A stretch of DNA of 64,000 nucleotides from a virus (taxonomy: Duplodnaviria > Caudoviricetes): IMG/VR virus record IMGVR_UViG_3300032237_000809, positions 61,504 to 125,503 of that record, one strand, 5' to 3'. Below the pieces are notes generated by a model, which ran no database searches, was not told the origin of the DNA, and saw only the letters and a list, made by a program, of their open reading frames with translations. The stretch's first letter is position 1, and each line of letters opens with the position of its first letter. This document shows positions 19,639 to 30,785 of the stretch, piece after piece. The position numbers and the translations under genes were made by a program.

Positions 19639-20046
19639 ATGTCAATTCTCGGAAAAAGAAAAGGTAGACCAACTACCAAAATACAACTTGATTCTATTCT
19701 GAAGCAATTTAAACTTTTTCTTAAACGAGAACTTCGTCTTAATTATGATATTCCAGTTATTCTGGTCGATGATGTTGATTTTTCTAAAAAAATGAAAGCA
19801 TTTGGAGAAATCTCACATGAAAATATTATTCATGTGAGTATTATTAATCGTCATCCTATTGATATTTTAAGAACTCTTGCTCATGAATATGTTCATTATA
19901 AACAATTCATGGAAAAGGGTATTCATCATAGATCTTCCCGTGCTGGTAGTCCTGCTGAAAATGAAGCAAATGCTAAGGCAGGTGAAATTATGAGAAAATA
20001 TGGACAACTTCATCCAGAATTATTTGATTTAATGCCTATTAGATAA
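19639..20046 (+). CDS. Putative zinc metallopeptidase-like protein
   Basis: RTLAHEYVHYKQ...ENEANA. Confidence 0.65.
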   Translation: MSILGKRKGRPTTKIQLDSILKQFKLFLKRELRLNYDIPVILVDDVDFSKKMKAFGEISHENIIHVSIINRHPIDILRTLAHEYVHYKQFMEKGIHHRSSRAGSPAENEANAKAGEIMRKYGQLHPELFDLMPIR

Positions 20047-20061
20047 TATAATTCTTTTTTT

Positions 20062-20134
20062 GGGGAATTAGCTCAGTTGGTAGAGCGCGGTCTTTGCAAG
20101 GCCGATGTCAGGAGTTCGAGCCTCCTATTCTCCA
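20062..20134 (+). tRNA. tRNA-Ala(UGC)
   Basis: GGGGAAT/ATTCTCC acceptor, loop TTTGCAA, GTTCGAG. Confidence 0.92.
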
Positions 20135-20172
20135 CTTTTTAAAGTGGCACATATCATCTTGTCAAACCTAGT

Positions 20173-21099
20173 ATGATGTCTTATCATACATGCATGACAA
20201 AAAAATCCCAAATGAAAAACGTCCACATTGAACATCCTGAAGATTCAATTTTGACTGGCGATTTGACAGTATTGGATTGGTTTATTAATCCGGGGCATCT
20301 TTCTGTAAAAATTGATGGTTCTCCTGCAATTGTCTGGGGAACAAATCCTGCTACTGGTAAGTTCTTTGTAGGAACTAAAAATGTTTTCAACAAAGTTAAA
20401 ATCAAAATCAATCATTCTCATGATGAAATTAATAAAAATCATGAAGGTAATGTTGCAGATATTCTTCATTCTTGTTTTGATTATTTGCCCAAAGTAGAAA
20501 CAATTTATCAAGGCGATTTTCTTGGTTTTGGCGGAATTTCTGAATATACACCCAACACAATCACTTATAAGTTTCCGGAATTAGTTTCTCAGAAGATTAT
20601 TATTGCACCTCATACTTGCTATTATGCTGAGAATGATCTTCGTGATGCTGTGTCTATGCCTGACCGTTCCATCTGGAAGGATACTGACATGGTGAAGTTT
20701 GTGAAACCTAATGCACATATTCTCTACAATCAGGATTCCTTCTCTGATGTTGATGAAATTGTAAGTTTTGCTCGTCAAATATCACAAACTTGTAATTTTG
20801 TTTCTGGTAAGAAACTGGCAGAACTTAAAAAAAATCTGAATGCCTGTATTCGTGAGAAGCGTGAGATTGAAGATGATGCTTTTGATTGTGATAATAATTT
20901 GATTCGTTTTTGGAAGTTGGTAAAGTCGATCAAAGAGGATTGTCTTTTCCTTTGTCGTAATGATGGTCCGGATGCTTATATTGGTTATGATCGAATTGAT
21001 GTTGAAGGTTACGTAATGACAAATGATTTTGGTATGTTTAAACTAGTCAATCGTGAAGTGTTTTCTCATGCCAATTTCACAATGCAAAAGAATTGGTAG
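20173..21099 (+). CDS. Conserved T4-like protein with ligase/nucleotidyltransferase-like KxDG motif
   Basis: HIEHPED, SVKIDGSPAIVWG, QGD, EGYV, KLVNR; real start probably 20194-20212. Confidence 0.65.
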   Translation: MMSYHTCMTKKSQMKNVHIEHPEDSILTGDLTVLDWFINPGHLSVKIDGSPAIVWGTNPATGKFFVGTKNVFNKVKIKINHSHDEINKNHEGNVADILHSCFDYLPKVETIYQGDFLGFGGISEYTPNTITYKFPELVSQKIIIAPHTCYYAENDLRDAVSMPDRSIWKDTDMVKFVKPNAHILYNQDSFSDVDEIVSFARQISQTCNFVSGKKLAELKKNLNACIREKREIEDDAFDCDNNLIRFWKLVKSIKEDCLFLCRNDGPDAYIGYDRIDVEGYVMTNDFGMFKLVNREVFSHANFTMQKNW

Positions 21100-21162
21100 T
21101 CATAAATATAAGTATATTTTATTGTTTATAATTATTTTTATAACAAAAACCTGTAATAGTAA

Positions 21163-22518
21163 ATGAAAAGTTTTTTAAAATTTATAACCGAAGCAAATAG
21201 TAAAGCAGTTCAACAGGCAACTCGTATGGGACTTGTTACTGATGGGCATGGTGGATGGTATAATAAAGCAACAGGAGAATTTACCGCAAAAACTTTTCAA
21301 GGTGCATTAAAATTTTATAATAAAAGACAAATAATTGGTGGAAAAGATCCTGCACAAACTGAACAGGAAAAAAATCTTTCTCAAACATCTTATGCACCTC
21401 AACAACCAATCCCACAAGATCAAGTTCCTGTAGATCAGCAGCAACCAATCCCACAAGATCAAGTTCCTGTAGATCAGCAGCAGATGCAAGAACCAGTTCC
21501 ACAGGAACCATTTTCTCCACCACCAGTCGAAAAAACTTTAGGAACTTTGACGATTGCTTTTGGTCGCTTTAATCCACCAACCATAGGTCATCTTCAGTTA
21601 ATGGATACTGCTGCTGCATCTGCAGAACAAGATCAGAGTGACTATATTATTGTTCCTTCTCGTACTCAAGATGCAAAGAAAAATCCTTTGGATGCTGATA
21701 CAAAAATCTATTATATAAGAAAAATGTTTCCTCAACATAGTGAGAGGATTTATAATGATGTAAATTTAAGAACTATTTTTGATGTTCTCAAAAAGGCTCA
21801 TAATGATGGATATTCAAGCGTAAGAATTGTTGGTGGATCTGATAGGGTAAAAGAATTTGATAAATTGGCAAATAATTATAATGGAAATCTTTATCAATTT
21901 GATAATATTGACGTAATTTCTTCTGGAGATAGAGATCCTGATTCTGAAGGAGTTGAAGGAGTTTCTGCATCAAGAATGAGACTTGCAGCTGCTGAAGGAG
22001 ATTTTAAAACTTTTCGTATGGGACTTCCTCCTGAAGTTTCTAGAAAGGATGCAATAGAACTTTTTGATGTTCTTCGTCAATCTATGGGAATTGAGCAAAT
22101 ACAAGAAGAAGGTTATTATGTTTGGGAAATTGCTCCTAAATTTGATCTAAATTCTCTTCGTGAAAATTATATTTCAGAGAAAATTTTCCAGATTGGACAA
22201 TTAGTTGAGAATATGAATACGGGTCTTGTTGGGCGCATTATTCGTAGGGGAACTAATTATTTGATTTGTGTGACTGAAGGTGGAATGATGTTTAAATCCT
22301 GGATTAAGGATATGATGGAAACAAAGAAATATACAGAAGTTATGATGGATAGTGAAATGAGAGAACCAGGAAAACCAAATACGTTAGTTGGAACTCTTGG
22401 TGCATTTAAGAATTATGCGAGCAAAACTCCAGGTGCTATTGGAACTGGCGCAGAGAATTTACAACCGGGTGGAAATGCTTATGGTATTAATTTCATAAAT
22501 AGATTTAGAAAAAAGTAA
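21163..22518 (+). CDS. Cytidyltransferase-like protein with capsid-targeting-like N-terminus
   Basis: FGRFNPPTIGH (HxGH-type), VGGSDR, SASRMR; MKSFLKFITEA. Confidence 0.8.
   Translation: MKSFLKFITEANSKAVQQATRMGLVTDGHGGWYNKATGEFTAKTFQGALKFYNKRQIIGGKDPAQTEQEKNLSQTSYAPQQPIPQDQVPVDQQQPIPQDQVPVDQQQMQEPVPQEPFSPPPVEKTLGTLTIAFGRFNPPTIGHLQLMDTAAASAEQDQSDYIIVPSRTQDAKKNPLDADTKIYYIRKMFPQHSERIYNDVNLRTIFDVLKKAHNDGYSSVRIVGGSDRVKEFDKLANNYNGNLYQFDNIDVISSGDRDPDSEGVEGVSASRMRLAAAEGDFKTFRMGLPPEVSRKDAIELFDVLRQSMGIEQIQEEGYYVWEIAPKFDLNSLRENYISEKIFQIGQLVENMNTGLVGRIIRRGTNYLICVTEGGMMFKSWIKDMMETKKYTEVMMDSEMREPGKPNTLVGTLGAFKNYASKTPGAIGTGAENLQPGGNAYGINFINRFRKK
21403..21480 (+). repeat. Perfect 39-bp tandem duplication (QPIPQDQVPVDQQ x2)
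   Basis: 21403-21441 = 21442-21480, in frame. Confidence 0.9.
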
Positions 22519-22533
22519 GCATTAAATTTTCCG

Positions 22534-23913
22534 ATGACTAATAAAATTTTTGAAGAACTTCCTTCTAGAGATAAAAATCCAAGATCTTCTGGTGGAGAAA
22601 GACCAGCAGGACCTACAAGTATGCAGGAAAAAATTGAAAAAAAGGTTCGTCAAGCAGTTTATGATATTCGTTATCGTGCAAGAAGAGAAGGTATTGACGT
22701 TAAGCAAGCATATTCGCAATATATGCAAAATAGTAGTCTGAATGGACAAGAAAGAAATTTAGTTAAAGCAAAAATTTTTGGTAGACCTATGGCAGAAGAT
22801 TATAATATTGAAGAATTTGCATCAAATTCTGTAGCAGAAGCACTTTTTAAAGTATTTGTTGAAGGTGTGGAAAACGAAGAATCTACTATTTACCTTCAAG
22901 AACTTAGAAAAGGTTATATTAAAAAAGAAATTGGAAGAGTTGATAGTCAAGCAGGTATTGGAAAATATAAAGTCCGAGTGACTGATAAAAATGGAACTTC
23001 TTATGTAAGATATGCTACTCGTGAAAAAATTAGCGATCTTCGTGCAAATCCAAATATTGAATCAGTTGAAATGACTGGATATGGCGAACCTTATGAGGGT
23101 GAAAAAAATAGGGGTGAACAGACTGCCGCAGCAAAAGCAGGTAAAGATTATGATGGTGATGGTAAAGTTGAATCTGGTGCTAAGGAACATGCTGGTGTAG
23201 TTCATAATGCAATTCAGCGTAAAAAAGGTGGAGTTCCTGATGGTAAGGATACTTCCAGTGTAAAAGAAGATGTTGATTATCTGGAAGAAAAAAGAAAATC
23301 TAAGAAAGATAAACAATTTAATGTAATGCGTGGAACAAATAATGTAAAATTATTTCCAGAAACAAGCAAACCCCAATTTGAAGAATTCGTTCCCGAATCT
23401 GCGGTGAGCACTGCTCAACAAAAATTTATGGGAATGGTTCATGCATTTAAAAAAGGTAAAATGAGAGATGCATCACCTGAAGTTAAAAAGGCTGCGAAGG
23501 GAATGAGTGATACTGAAGCAACAAAATTCGCTTCTACTAGTCATGAAGGACTTCCAAAGCATGTTCAAAAAGAAGATGCATCTTGTGGTTGTTCAGATTC
23601 GCAAAGTGATACTAGAGGTGATTATGCTAAAAAAGAAGTTCTTAAAAACAAATTAAGATCTGCATTGGGAGTTAAAAATCCTATGATAATGACTGCGGAA
23701 GGTATGGGATTAAGTGTTGGTGCTTCAAAATTTGCTGGAAAAGTTCTGTCAAATCCAAGAACTTCTGCAGAACAGGGAGCAAAAAACTTACAAAAGAATC
23801 TTACAGATCCAGTTGGTCGTGCCGTAAAGGGTGCTGTTCGTGCAATTGTTCAACCTGCAAATATGTCTCCTGAAGCACAAAAAGCAAGAAATGATAAGTA
23901 TAGACCTAAATAA
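22534..23913 (+). CDS. Probable virion/internal protein
   Basis: RQAVYDIRYRARRE; KDYDGDGKVES; AVSTAQQKFMGMV...FAST.HEGLP module. Confidence 0.6.
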   Translation: MTNKIFEELPSRDKNPRSSGGERPAGPTSMQEKIEKKVRQAVYDIRYRARREGIDVKQAYSQYMQNSSLNGQERNLVKAKIFGRPMAEDYNIEEFASNSVAEALFKVFVEGVENEESTIYLQELRKGYIKKEIGRVDSQAGIGKYKVRVTDKNGTSYVRYATREKISDLRANPNIESVEMTGYGEPYEGEKNRGEQTAAAKAGKDYDGDGKVESGAKEHAGVVHNAIQRKKGGVPDGKDTSSVKEDVDYLEEKRKSKKDKQFNVMRGTNNVKLFPETSKPQFEEFVPESAVSTAQQKFMGMVHAFKKGKMRDASPEVKKAAKGMSDTEATKFASTSHEGLPKHVQKEDASCGCSDSQSDTRGDYAKKEVLKNKLRSALGVKNPMIMTAEGMGLSVGASKFAGKVLSNPRTSAEQGAKNLQKNLTDPVGRAVKGAVRAIVQPANMSPEAQKARNDKYRPK

Positions 23914-24009
23914 ATTAAATCCAATAATCAAATAATTAAAAAGAGACCAAAATCTAAGGTCTCTTTTTTTTATAAATATCAATAGAAAAAGAATTTATAG
24001 GTAAAGCAC

Positions 24010-25038
24010 ATGGCTCTTTGGGGCATTTCAACAAACGCTGAGACTGCAGCAAACAATTATGCAATTCCAAAATTCCAGCATGAGACTGTTCGTGAGAGAA
24101 GTCCATGGAATACCTTTGCAGATGTTCGTGGTTGGATTCAGAGAAGATATAAAACTAAAGAAAATTCTGGAATTTCTACTCGTTACTTTGACGAAGTTTT
24201 AATTCCAGTTGTTGGATTGAATAGTACTGGTAATGTTGGAGGAACCACTGGTATTGGTACTGCTGGTCCAGTTGCAGTTTTCTTTGAAGATCCTAATCAG
24301 GCATCGCCAATTTCTGTTGGTGGTGGTGCAACTAGTGGAATTGCAACTAATACTAGCGGTTATGTTCATGTAGTATTTAATGAACTTGTATTTGCTGGTG
24401 CTGGATCAACAGTTCGTATTCGCACCTTTGATGCAAATAATGCTAATGAATCGACAGCAATTATTGGATATGCTGCATCAAACACTGGTACTCAATATGC
24501 TTGGGCAGGTCCTGCTGCTACTCACGGATCTCCAAATGTCTATACAAGTTTCAACGGTCAGATTACAAATAGAGTAGCATTTGCATTTACTTCACCAAGT
24601 TCAGTTCTTACTGCACAAGTAAACTTCTTAACTACTTCAACAAGCACAGGTCAAACTGTTGCGATTGGTGGAACACAAATTTGGGTCGATTCGGTAACTG
24701 GTGTATCTGCTGGAAGTTCGATATCAGTTAGCGGAAAACTTACAACTGTTCCTGTTGTTTCTGTTGGAAATACTTTTGTATACATTGGAGCAGCATCTAC
24801 AATTGCATCCACAATTCTTGCAGGTACTGCAACTACATTTAGTACATTTACAAGAGCAACAAAATTATTTATTGATATTCCTAGAGGATTTGTTGGTGTA
24901 ATTACTGATGGATCAAATGCTGTTGGAGTAATTAGTTCATTTACATCACAATTTGGAGACATTCTTATCCGCAATGTTGGTGGTGCAGGGACAACCTCTA
25001 GTGTCGGAATTGGTACAACTACATTAACAGTTAGATAA
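24010..25038 (+). CDS. Virion structural protein
   Basis: MALWG start, G/T/S-rich; terminator and TATAAATA (23971-23978) upstream. Confidence 0.65.
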   Translation: MALWGISTNAETAANNYAIPKFQHETVRERSPWNTFADVRGWIQRRYKTKENSGISTRYFDEVLIPVVGLNSTGNVGGTTGIGTAGPVAVFFEDPNQASPISVGGGATSGIATNTSGYVHVVFNELVFAGAGSTVRIRTFDANNANESTAIIGYAASNTGTQYAWAGPAATHGSPNVYTSFNGQITNRVAFAFTSPSSVLTAQVNFLTTSTSTGQTVAIGGTQIWVDSVTGVSAGSSISVSGKLTTVPVVSVGNTFVYIGAASTIASTILAGTATTFSTFTRATKLFIDIPRGFVGVITDGSNAVGVISSFTSQFGDILIRNVGGAGTTSSVGIGTTTLTVR

Positions 25039-25046
25039 AATATAAT

Positions 25047-25418
25047 ATGAGATTTGATGAATTGAATGAGAGTAATTATTTACTCTTTGCTATAAAATTC
25101 TATGATAATCCACAATCTCTCACCAGAGAAGATTTTGAAGATGATTTGAAAAGAATTAAATATATTAAAAGATTATTAAAAAGATATAAAAATACAGGTG
25201 AACTTAAGACGCATTTAATCTTAAATCATTTGACTGTTTTGTTTAATGTTTTTAATGATGCTGCAGTCCCATTACTCTTTTATAATTTAGATAAGGAACT
25301 TTGGCCTTCTATAAAAAGTTTTTTAATCTTTTTAAATAGATTGCCAGAATATCCTAAAACTGAAATTAATAATATAAAAAAAGATGATGAATGCTCAGAA
25401 CATTTGGAGTCAATTTAA
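25047..25418 (+). CDS. Conserved T4-like hypothetical protein
   Basis: FAIKFYDNP...DLKRIKYIKRLL...LILNH. Confidence 0.75.
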   Translation: MRFDELNESNYLLFAIKFYDNPQSLTREDFEDDLKRIKYIKRLLKRYKNTGELKTHLILNHLTVLFNVFNDAAVPLLFYNLDKELWPSIKSFLIFLNRLPEYPKTEINNIKKDDECSEHLESI

Positions 25419-25645
25419 TGGATAAAGTAGATAAAATTATTAATATAATTCGTAAACTTCATGAAGATGGTATAGTAAGCGGAGCACCAACTAATTCAGT
25501 TGGGAGTAGTGGATTGACAAATGCATCAACTCCTCCAGGAAGACTTGATGGATATGATAAAGTAATGGGACTTACAAGAAGAGTAAAAATAATTGGCAAA
25601 GGTAAGTTTCCAGGTGCCAGAACACGCTGGAAAAAATCATCATAA
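25418..25645 (+). CDS. Hypothetical protein
   Basis: APTNSVG...GYD; coupled to previous stop. Confidence 0.55.
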   Translation: MDKVDKIINIIRKLHEDGIVSGAPTNSVGSSGLTNASTPPGRLDGYDKVMGLTRRVKIIGKGKFPGARTRWKKSS

Positions 25646-25723
25646 ATTTAACTTAAATAAATAATAGTATGATTTATTAAATTCGTTTCGTGAGTTAGAA
25701 ACGTAAATCAATCCTAATCTAAA

Positions 25724-26179
25724 ATGTTTAACAACAATAATACTACAGCAGATACCAAAATTGCCGTGTTAGAAGAAAGACTATCATCATATGAACTTAT
25801 GATGAGAAAAATAGACGAAGCAATTCAATTGATGGGTAAAACTAGTCAAAATATCAGTAAAATGCTTGCTGTACATGATGAAAGAATAGAGCAGGGTGTT
25901 AAAACTGATAGTATGATTACATCTTTAATTAATGAATTAAAAGAAGAAAATAAACAACAGCATGATATAGTAACAGAAAGAATTGATCAAATTGAGGAAG
26001 AAGTTAAAGAAATTAGTAAAATTAAATGGATGACAATTGGGTGTGGCGTTTTATTGGCGGTTTTAACAGCAGCATTCTCAACTTTAGCATCTGGTTGGTG
26101 GACTCCATCAGAAATGCAAATGCAGCATGAGGGTCATATTCACCATCAAAGCGTCAACGACCAAAATGTTCCCAATTGA
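25724..26179 (+). CDS. Coiled-coil membrane protein
   Basis: Heptad-rich N-terminus and one hydrophobic segment (WMTIGCGVLLAVLTAAF). Confidence 0.6.
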   Translation: MFNNNNTTADTKIAVLEERLSSYELMMRKIDEAIQLMGKTSQNISKMLAVHDERIEQGVKTDSMITSLINELKEENKQQHDIVTERIDQIEEEVKEISKIKWMTIGCGVLLAVLTAAFSTLASGWWTPSEMQMQHEGHIHHQSVNDQNVPN

Positions 26180-26227
26180 CGATTTCATAATCTTGTGTTA
26201 AACTAGAAGTCCTGAAAGTTTTTGCGA

Positions 26228-27202
26228 ATGGACCTTATTGATTTAAAATATATTGGACTAGTTTCGTCAAGATTGCAAAAGTTTAAACGTATTAAGGCAG
26301 ATCTATACAACTTTCGTTGCCCTATTTGTGGAGATTCGCAAAAAAATAAAAGTAAAGCAAGAGGTTATTTATATGCGGTAAAAACAAATACCAACTTTAA
26401 ATGTCATAATTGTGGAGCAAGTTTATCCTTTAATAATTTTCTTAAAGAAGTGGATTCAACACTCCATAAGCAGTATACTATGGAGAAATTTAAAGAAGGA
26501 TTTACTGGAAAAAACTTTGTAGTTGAAACACCATCATTTGATTTTACAAAACCAATATTTAAACAAAAATTAGATCTACCTAAAGCATCGGAGATTTTAG
26601 TTGCTAAGCAATATCTTGAAAAAAGACTTTTAAATCCAAATAAATTTTATTTTGCGGAAAAATTTCAGGAATGGACTAATACGCAAAAATTTACATTCAA
26701 TAAAATTGGTAAAGATGAAAGTAGAATAGTAATACCATTACATACTAGAGAAGGTGAAATATTTGGTTTTCAAGGAAGATCGCTGGGTTCTAACAATGTT
26801 AAATATATTACAGTGATTTTGAATGAAAGTATTCCAAAAGTATATGGTTTGAATGAAGTGCAAAACAATAAAACAATCTATGTTACAGAAGGTCCATTTG
26901 ATTCAACTTTTGTTGAAAATGCAATAGCAATGTGTGGATCTGATATTGCACTCGATAGTCTTAATTTGGGTAATGATATTGTTTATGTACTTGATAATGA
27001 ACCCCGAAATAGGGAAATTTGTAATAGGATTTCTAAACTTATAGATGGAGGTAAACAAGTCGTCATCTGGCCAAGATCTATAAATTATAAAGACATCAAT
27101 GATATGAAAATTGCTGGACTTTCTATTATGGATGTGTTAAAATTAAATACATATAAAGCACTAGAAGCAAAAATCAAATTCAACGAATGGAAGAAAGTAT
27201 GA
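26228..27202 (+). CDS. gp61: DNA primase
   Basis: FRCPICGDS, CHNC, FQGR, TOPRIM EGPFDS, DNEPRN, KDIND. Confidence 0.95.
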   Translation: MDLIDLKYIGLVSSRLQKFKRIKADLYNFRCPICGDSQKNKSKARGYLYAVKTNTNFKCHNCGASLSFNNFLKEVDSTLHKQYTMEKFKEGFTGKNFVVETPSFDFTKPIFKQKLDLPKASEILVAKQYLEKRLLNPNKFYFAEKFQEWTNTQKFTFNKIGKDESRIVIPLHTREGEIFGFQGRSLGSNNVKYITVILNESIPKVYGLNEVQNNKTIYVTEGPFDSTFVENAIAMCGSDIALDSLNLGNDIVYVLDNEPRNREICNRISKLIDGGKQVVIWPRSINYKDINDMKIAGLSIMDVLKLNTYKALEAKIKFNEWKKV

Positions 27203-29499
27203 GTAACGGAACACGGGTAGTTAAGAGAAATGGATCTGTTGAAGGTTTAGATTTAAATAAACTTCATTTGATGGTAGAAGAAGCATGTAAGGATCTGGCA
27301 GGAGTATCAGCATCACAAGTTGAAATGCAATCTGGTATTCAATTTTATGATGGAATTTCTACAGTAGAAGTTCAGGAAATTTTGATTCGCTCTGCTTCTG
27401 ACCTAATTGATCTTGAACATCCTAATTATCAATTTGTTGCTGCTCGTTTGCTTTTATTCGCTCTTCGTAAACAATTGTTTGGTCGTATGTATGAATGTCC
27501 AAATGTTCTTGAGCATACTAAAAAATGTGTAGAACTTGGTGTTTATGATGAAGAGATTCTTTCTCTATATAATGAGGAAGAGTTTGAAAAACTTCAATCA
27601 TTTGTTGATCATGATCGTGATTATCTTTTTACTTATGCAGGTCTTCGTCAGGTAGTTGATAAGTATTTGGTACAAGATCGTAGTAGTGGACAACTTTATG
27701 AAACTCCACAATTCATGTATCTTTTGATTGCTGCCACTATTTTTTCTAAATATCCAAAAGAAACACGTTTAGATTATGTTAAGAGGTATTATGATGCAAT
27801 CAGCAAACACAAGATCAACATCCCAACACCAATCATGGCAGGAGTCAGAACACCTCTTCGCCAATATGCTTCTTGTGTTCTCGTTGATGTTGATGATACC
27901 CTCAGGAGTATCGGTCACTCTGATTTGGCTATTTACGAATATGTTGCACAGAGAGCTGGTATCGGTATCAACGCAGGTAGAATCCGTGGCATCAACTCTA
28001 AAATCAGAGGTGGAGAGGTACAACACACAGGCATTATTCCCTTCCTTAAGAAGTTTGAAGCAACTGTCAGATCTTGCACACAAAACGGTATTAGAGGTGG
28101 TTCTGCTACAGTCTTTTTTCCTATCTGGCATCAAGAAATAAGTGATATTCTGGTCTTAAAAAATAATAAAGGAACTGAAGATAATCGTGTTCGTAAGTTA
28201 GACTATGGAATTCAACTCAGCAAAATCTTCTATGAACGATTCATTCAAAACGGAGAAATCACACTTTTCTCACCACACGATGTTCCTGGTCTTTATGATG
28301 CTTTTGGCACTGATAGATTTGACGACCTTTACGTGGGTTATGAACGAGATGCATCTGTTCCAAGAAAAACTATCGGTGCTCAAGAACTCTTTTTGGACCT
28401 TCTGAAGGAAAGAGCAGAAACTGGTCGTATTTACATTATGAATATTGACCATTGTAATTCTCATAGTCCTTTCCTTGATAAGATTTCAATGAGCAATCTT
28501 TGTATGGAAATACTTTTGCCGACTAAACCAATTCAACACATTGATGATCCAAATGGTGAAATTGCTCTTTGCATTCTTAGTGCTATCAATATTGGAAAGA
28601 TTAAAACCAATGAAGATCTTGAAGTTCTTTGTGATCTTGCCATTAGAAGTCTTGATGAACTTATTGATTTTCAAGGATATCCCGTTAAAGCAGCAGAAAT
28701 CGCAACCAAAGCGCGACGTTCACTTGGAGTAGGTTATATTGGTCTTGCACACTATCTTGCCAAGAATAATGTCAAATATGATGATCAGAATGCTTGGCAA
28801 TTGGTTCATGATTTAACTGAGGCATTCCAATATTATCTAATCAAGGCAACCGTAAATCTTGCAAAAGAAAAAGGGGCATGTGCATATTCTCATCGTACCA
28901 AGTACGGTCAAGGAATTCTGCCAATTGATACCTATAAAAAGGATGTTGATGAATTGGTTGAAAATGTGCTAAAATATGATTGGGAAGCACTTCGGGAAGA
29001 GGTAAAAATTTATGGAGTCAGAAACTCCACTCTCTCAGCACAAATGCCCTCCGAGAGCAGTTCAGTCGTCTCCAATGCCACAAATGGAATTGAACCACCT
29101 CGCGGATATCTATCCATTAAGAAGTCCAAGAAAGGTCCTCTTAAGCAAATTGTCCCACAGTTTGGAACACTCAAAAACAATTATACGTTGCTTTGGGATA
29201 TGCCTAGCAATCGTGGTTATATTAGTATTGTTGCAGTTATGCAGAAGTTCTTCGATCAAGCGATTTCTGGAAACTGGTCCTATAATCCGGGCAATTATCC
29301 GAATAATGAAGTTCCTGTTAGCGTGATGGCACAAGATATGCTTACGTGCTTTAAGTATGGGCATAAAACTGCATATTATCAAAACACTTATGATAATAAA
29401 ACTGATGAAGTGGTAGATGAACCAAAGCAAGAACTCAATTCACTTCTTGATGATATTATGAGTTCTGATGAAACTAGTTGCGATAGTTGCTCAATTTAA
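27199..29499 (+). CDS. nrdA: Ribonucleotide reductase class Ia alpha subunit
   Basis: ATP cone VVKRNG, SCVL, SNLCMEI, MPSESSS, YY, C-terminal CDSC. Confidence 0.97.
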   Translation: MSNGTRVVKRNGSVEGLDLNKLHLMVEEACKDLAGVSASQVEMQSGIQFYDGISTVEVQEILIRSASDLIDLEHPNYQFVAARLLLFALRKQLFGRMYECPNVLEHTKKCVELGVYDEEILSLYNEEEFEKLQSFVDHDRDYLFTYAGLRQVVDKYLVQDRSSGQLYETPQFMYLLIAATIFSKYPKETRLDYVKRYYDAISKHKINIPTPIMAGVRTPLRQYASCVLVDVDDTLRSIGHSDLAIYEYVAQRAGIGINAGRIRGINSKIRGGEVQHTGIIPFLKKFEATVRSCTQNGIRGGSATVFFPIWHQEISDILVLKNNKGTEDNRVRKLDYGIQLSKIFYERFIQNGEITLFSPHDVPGLYDAFGTDRFDDLYVGYERDASVPRKTIGAQELFLDLLKERAETGRIYIMNIDHCNSHSPFLDKISMSNLCMEILLPTKPIQHIDDPNGEIALCILSAINIGKIKTNEDLEVLCDLAIRSLDELIDFQGYPVKAAEIATKARRSLGVGYIGLAHYLAKNNVKYDDQNAWQLVHDLTEAFQYYLIKATVNLAKEKGACAYSHRTKYGQGILPIDTYKKDVDELVENVLKYDWEALREEVKIYGVRNSTLSAQMPSESSSVVSNATNGIEPPRGYLSIKKSKKGPLKQIVPQFGTLKNNYTLLWDMPSNRGYISIVAVMQKFFDQAISGNWSYNPGNYPNNEVPVSVMAQDMLTCFKYGHKTAYYQNTYDNKTDEVVDEPKQELNSLLDDIMSSDETSCDSCSI

Positions 29500-29518
29500 A
29501 AATAAATAAGGAAAAAGT

Positions 29519-30661
29519 ATGATTGATAATATGACAGTTTTCAATTCCCATGAAGTTGATACCAAAAAGCAACCAATGTTTTTTGGACAACCTCTTGGCA
29601 TTCAACGATATGATACTTACAAGTATCCTATTTTTGATAAATTGACTCAACAACAATTAAGTTATTTTTGGCGTCCTGAAGAAATATCACTTCAAAAAGA
29701 CCGTGGTGATTATCAAACACTTCGACCCGAACAGAAACATATTTTTACTTCTAATCTAAAATATCAAATTATGTTAGATTCCATTCAAGGTCGTGGACCA
29801 GGAATGGCATTTGCTCCCTACTGCTCACTTCCAGAATTAGAAGCGTGTATGAAGGTTTGGGAATTTATGGAAATGATTCACTCACGATCTTATACATATA
29901 TTATCAAAAATATATATTCAGATCCTTCGGATGTGTTTGATACTATTCTTAGAGATGAAAAAATTCTTGAACGCGCATATAGTGTAACCGAAGCATATGA
30001 TGATTTTATCAATAGTGCTCAACATTATGGAACTTCTGAACTTTGGAAACACGCTCAAGAACAAGTTCCCTATGCACAGGATCAAAGATATGAACTCAAA
30101 AGAAAGCTCTTTAGAGCAGTTGCAAATGTTAATATTCTTGAAGGTATTCGTTTTTACGTCAGTTTTGCTTGCAGTTTTGCATTTGGCGAACTCAAACTTA
30201 TGGAAGGAAGTGCAAAAATCATCAGTCTGATTGCGCGTGACGAGAATCAACATCTAGTCATTACTCAAAATATTTTGAACAAATGGAAAGAAAGTGATGA
30301 TCCTGATATGAAGAAAATCATGGATGAAGAAGAACCATGGGTATATAAGACCTTTGAAAAAGCAGTCAATCAAGAGAAACTTTGGGCAGAATATCTGTTC
30401 AAAGATGGTTCTATGATTGGTCTGAATGATAAACTTCTTCAGCAATATGTTGAATGGATTGCAAATCGTCGTATGAGGGCGATTGGTTTGAAACCTCTTT
30501 ATGATATTCCAGCAAAAAATAATCCACTTCCTTGGACGGAGCATTGGATTTCTTCCAAAGGATTGCAAGTAGCTCCACAAGAAGTGGAAGCGGAACAATA
30601 TTTAATTGGAGGAATTAAACAAGATGTTACCAAAGATACTTTCTCAGGATTCCAATTATGA
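29519..30661 (+). CDS. nrdB: Ribonucleotide reductase class Ia beta subunit
   Basis: FWRPEE, EMIHSRSY, LEGIRFY, RDENQH. Confidence 0.97.
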   Translation: MIDNMTVFNSHEVDTKKQPMFFGQPLGIQRYDTYKYPIFDKLTQQQLSYFWRPEEISLQKDRGDYQTLRPEQKHIFTSNLKYQIMLDSIQGRGPGMAFAPYCSLPELEACMKVWEFMEMIHSRSYTYIIKNIYSDPSDVFDTILRDEKILERAYSVTEAYDDFINSAQHYGTSELWKHAQEQVPYAQDQRYELKRKLFRAVANVNILEGIRFYVSFACSFAFGELKLMEGSAKIISLIARDENQHLVITQNILNKWKESDDPDMKKIMDEEEPWVYKTFEKAVNQEKLWAEYLFKDGSMIGLNDKLLQQYVEWIANRRMRAIGLKPLYDIPAKNNPLPWTEHWISSKGLQVAPQEVEAEQYLIGGIKQDVTKDTFSGFQL

Positions 30662-30785
30662 TGAATGGGTAGAACAGGAAATTTTGAATGCCTTTAAAGA
30701 TGCTGCAGAAGTAGATGAATTTATTTTTGGTGATTATAATTATGAAGAAGACTGGTTAGGTAAAATGAATAATGATATCAATTGA
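30624..30785 (+). CDS. Small acidic hypothetical protein overlapping nrdB end
   Basis: GGAGG upstream; MLPKILSQDSNYDEWVEQEILNAFKDAAEVDEFIFGDY...*; followed by terminator. Confidence 0.5.
   Translation: MLPKILSQDSNYDEWVEQEILNAFKDAAEVDEFIFGDYNYEEDWLGKMNNDIN

Noticed and set aside
10893-30661. Inteins or introns in gp43, gp61, nrdA, nrdB
   Set aside because: Normal lengths and contiguous motifs
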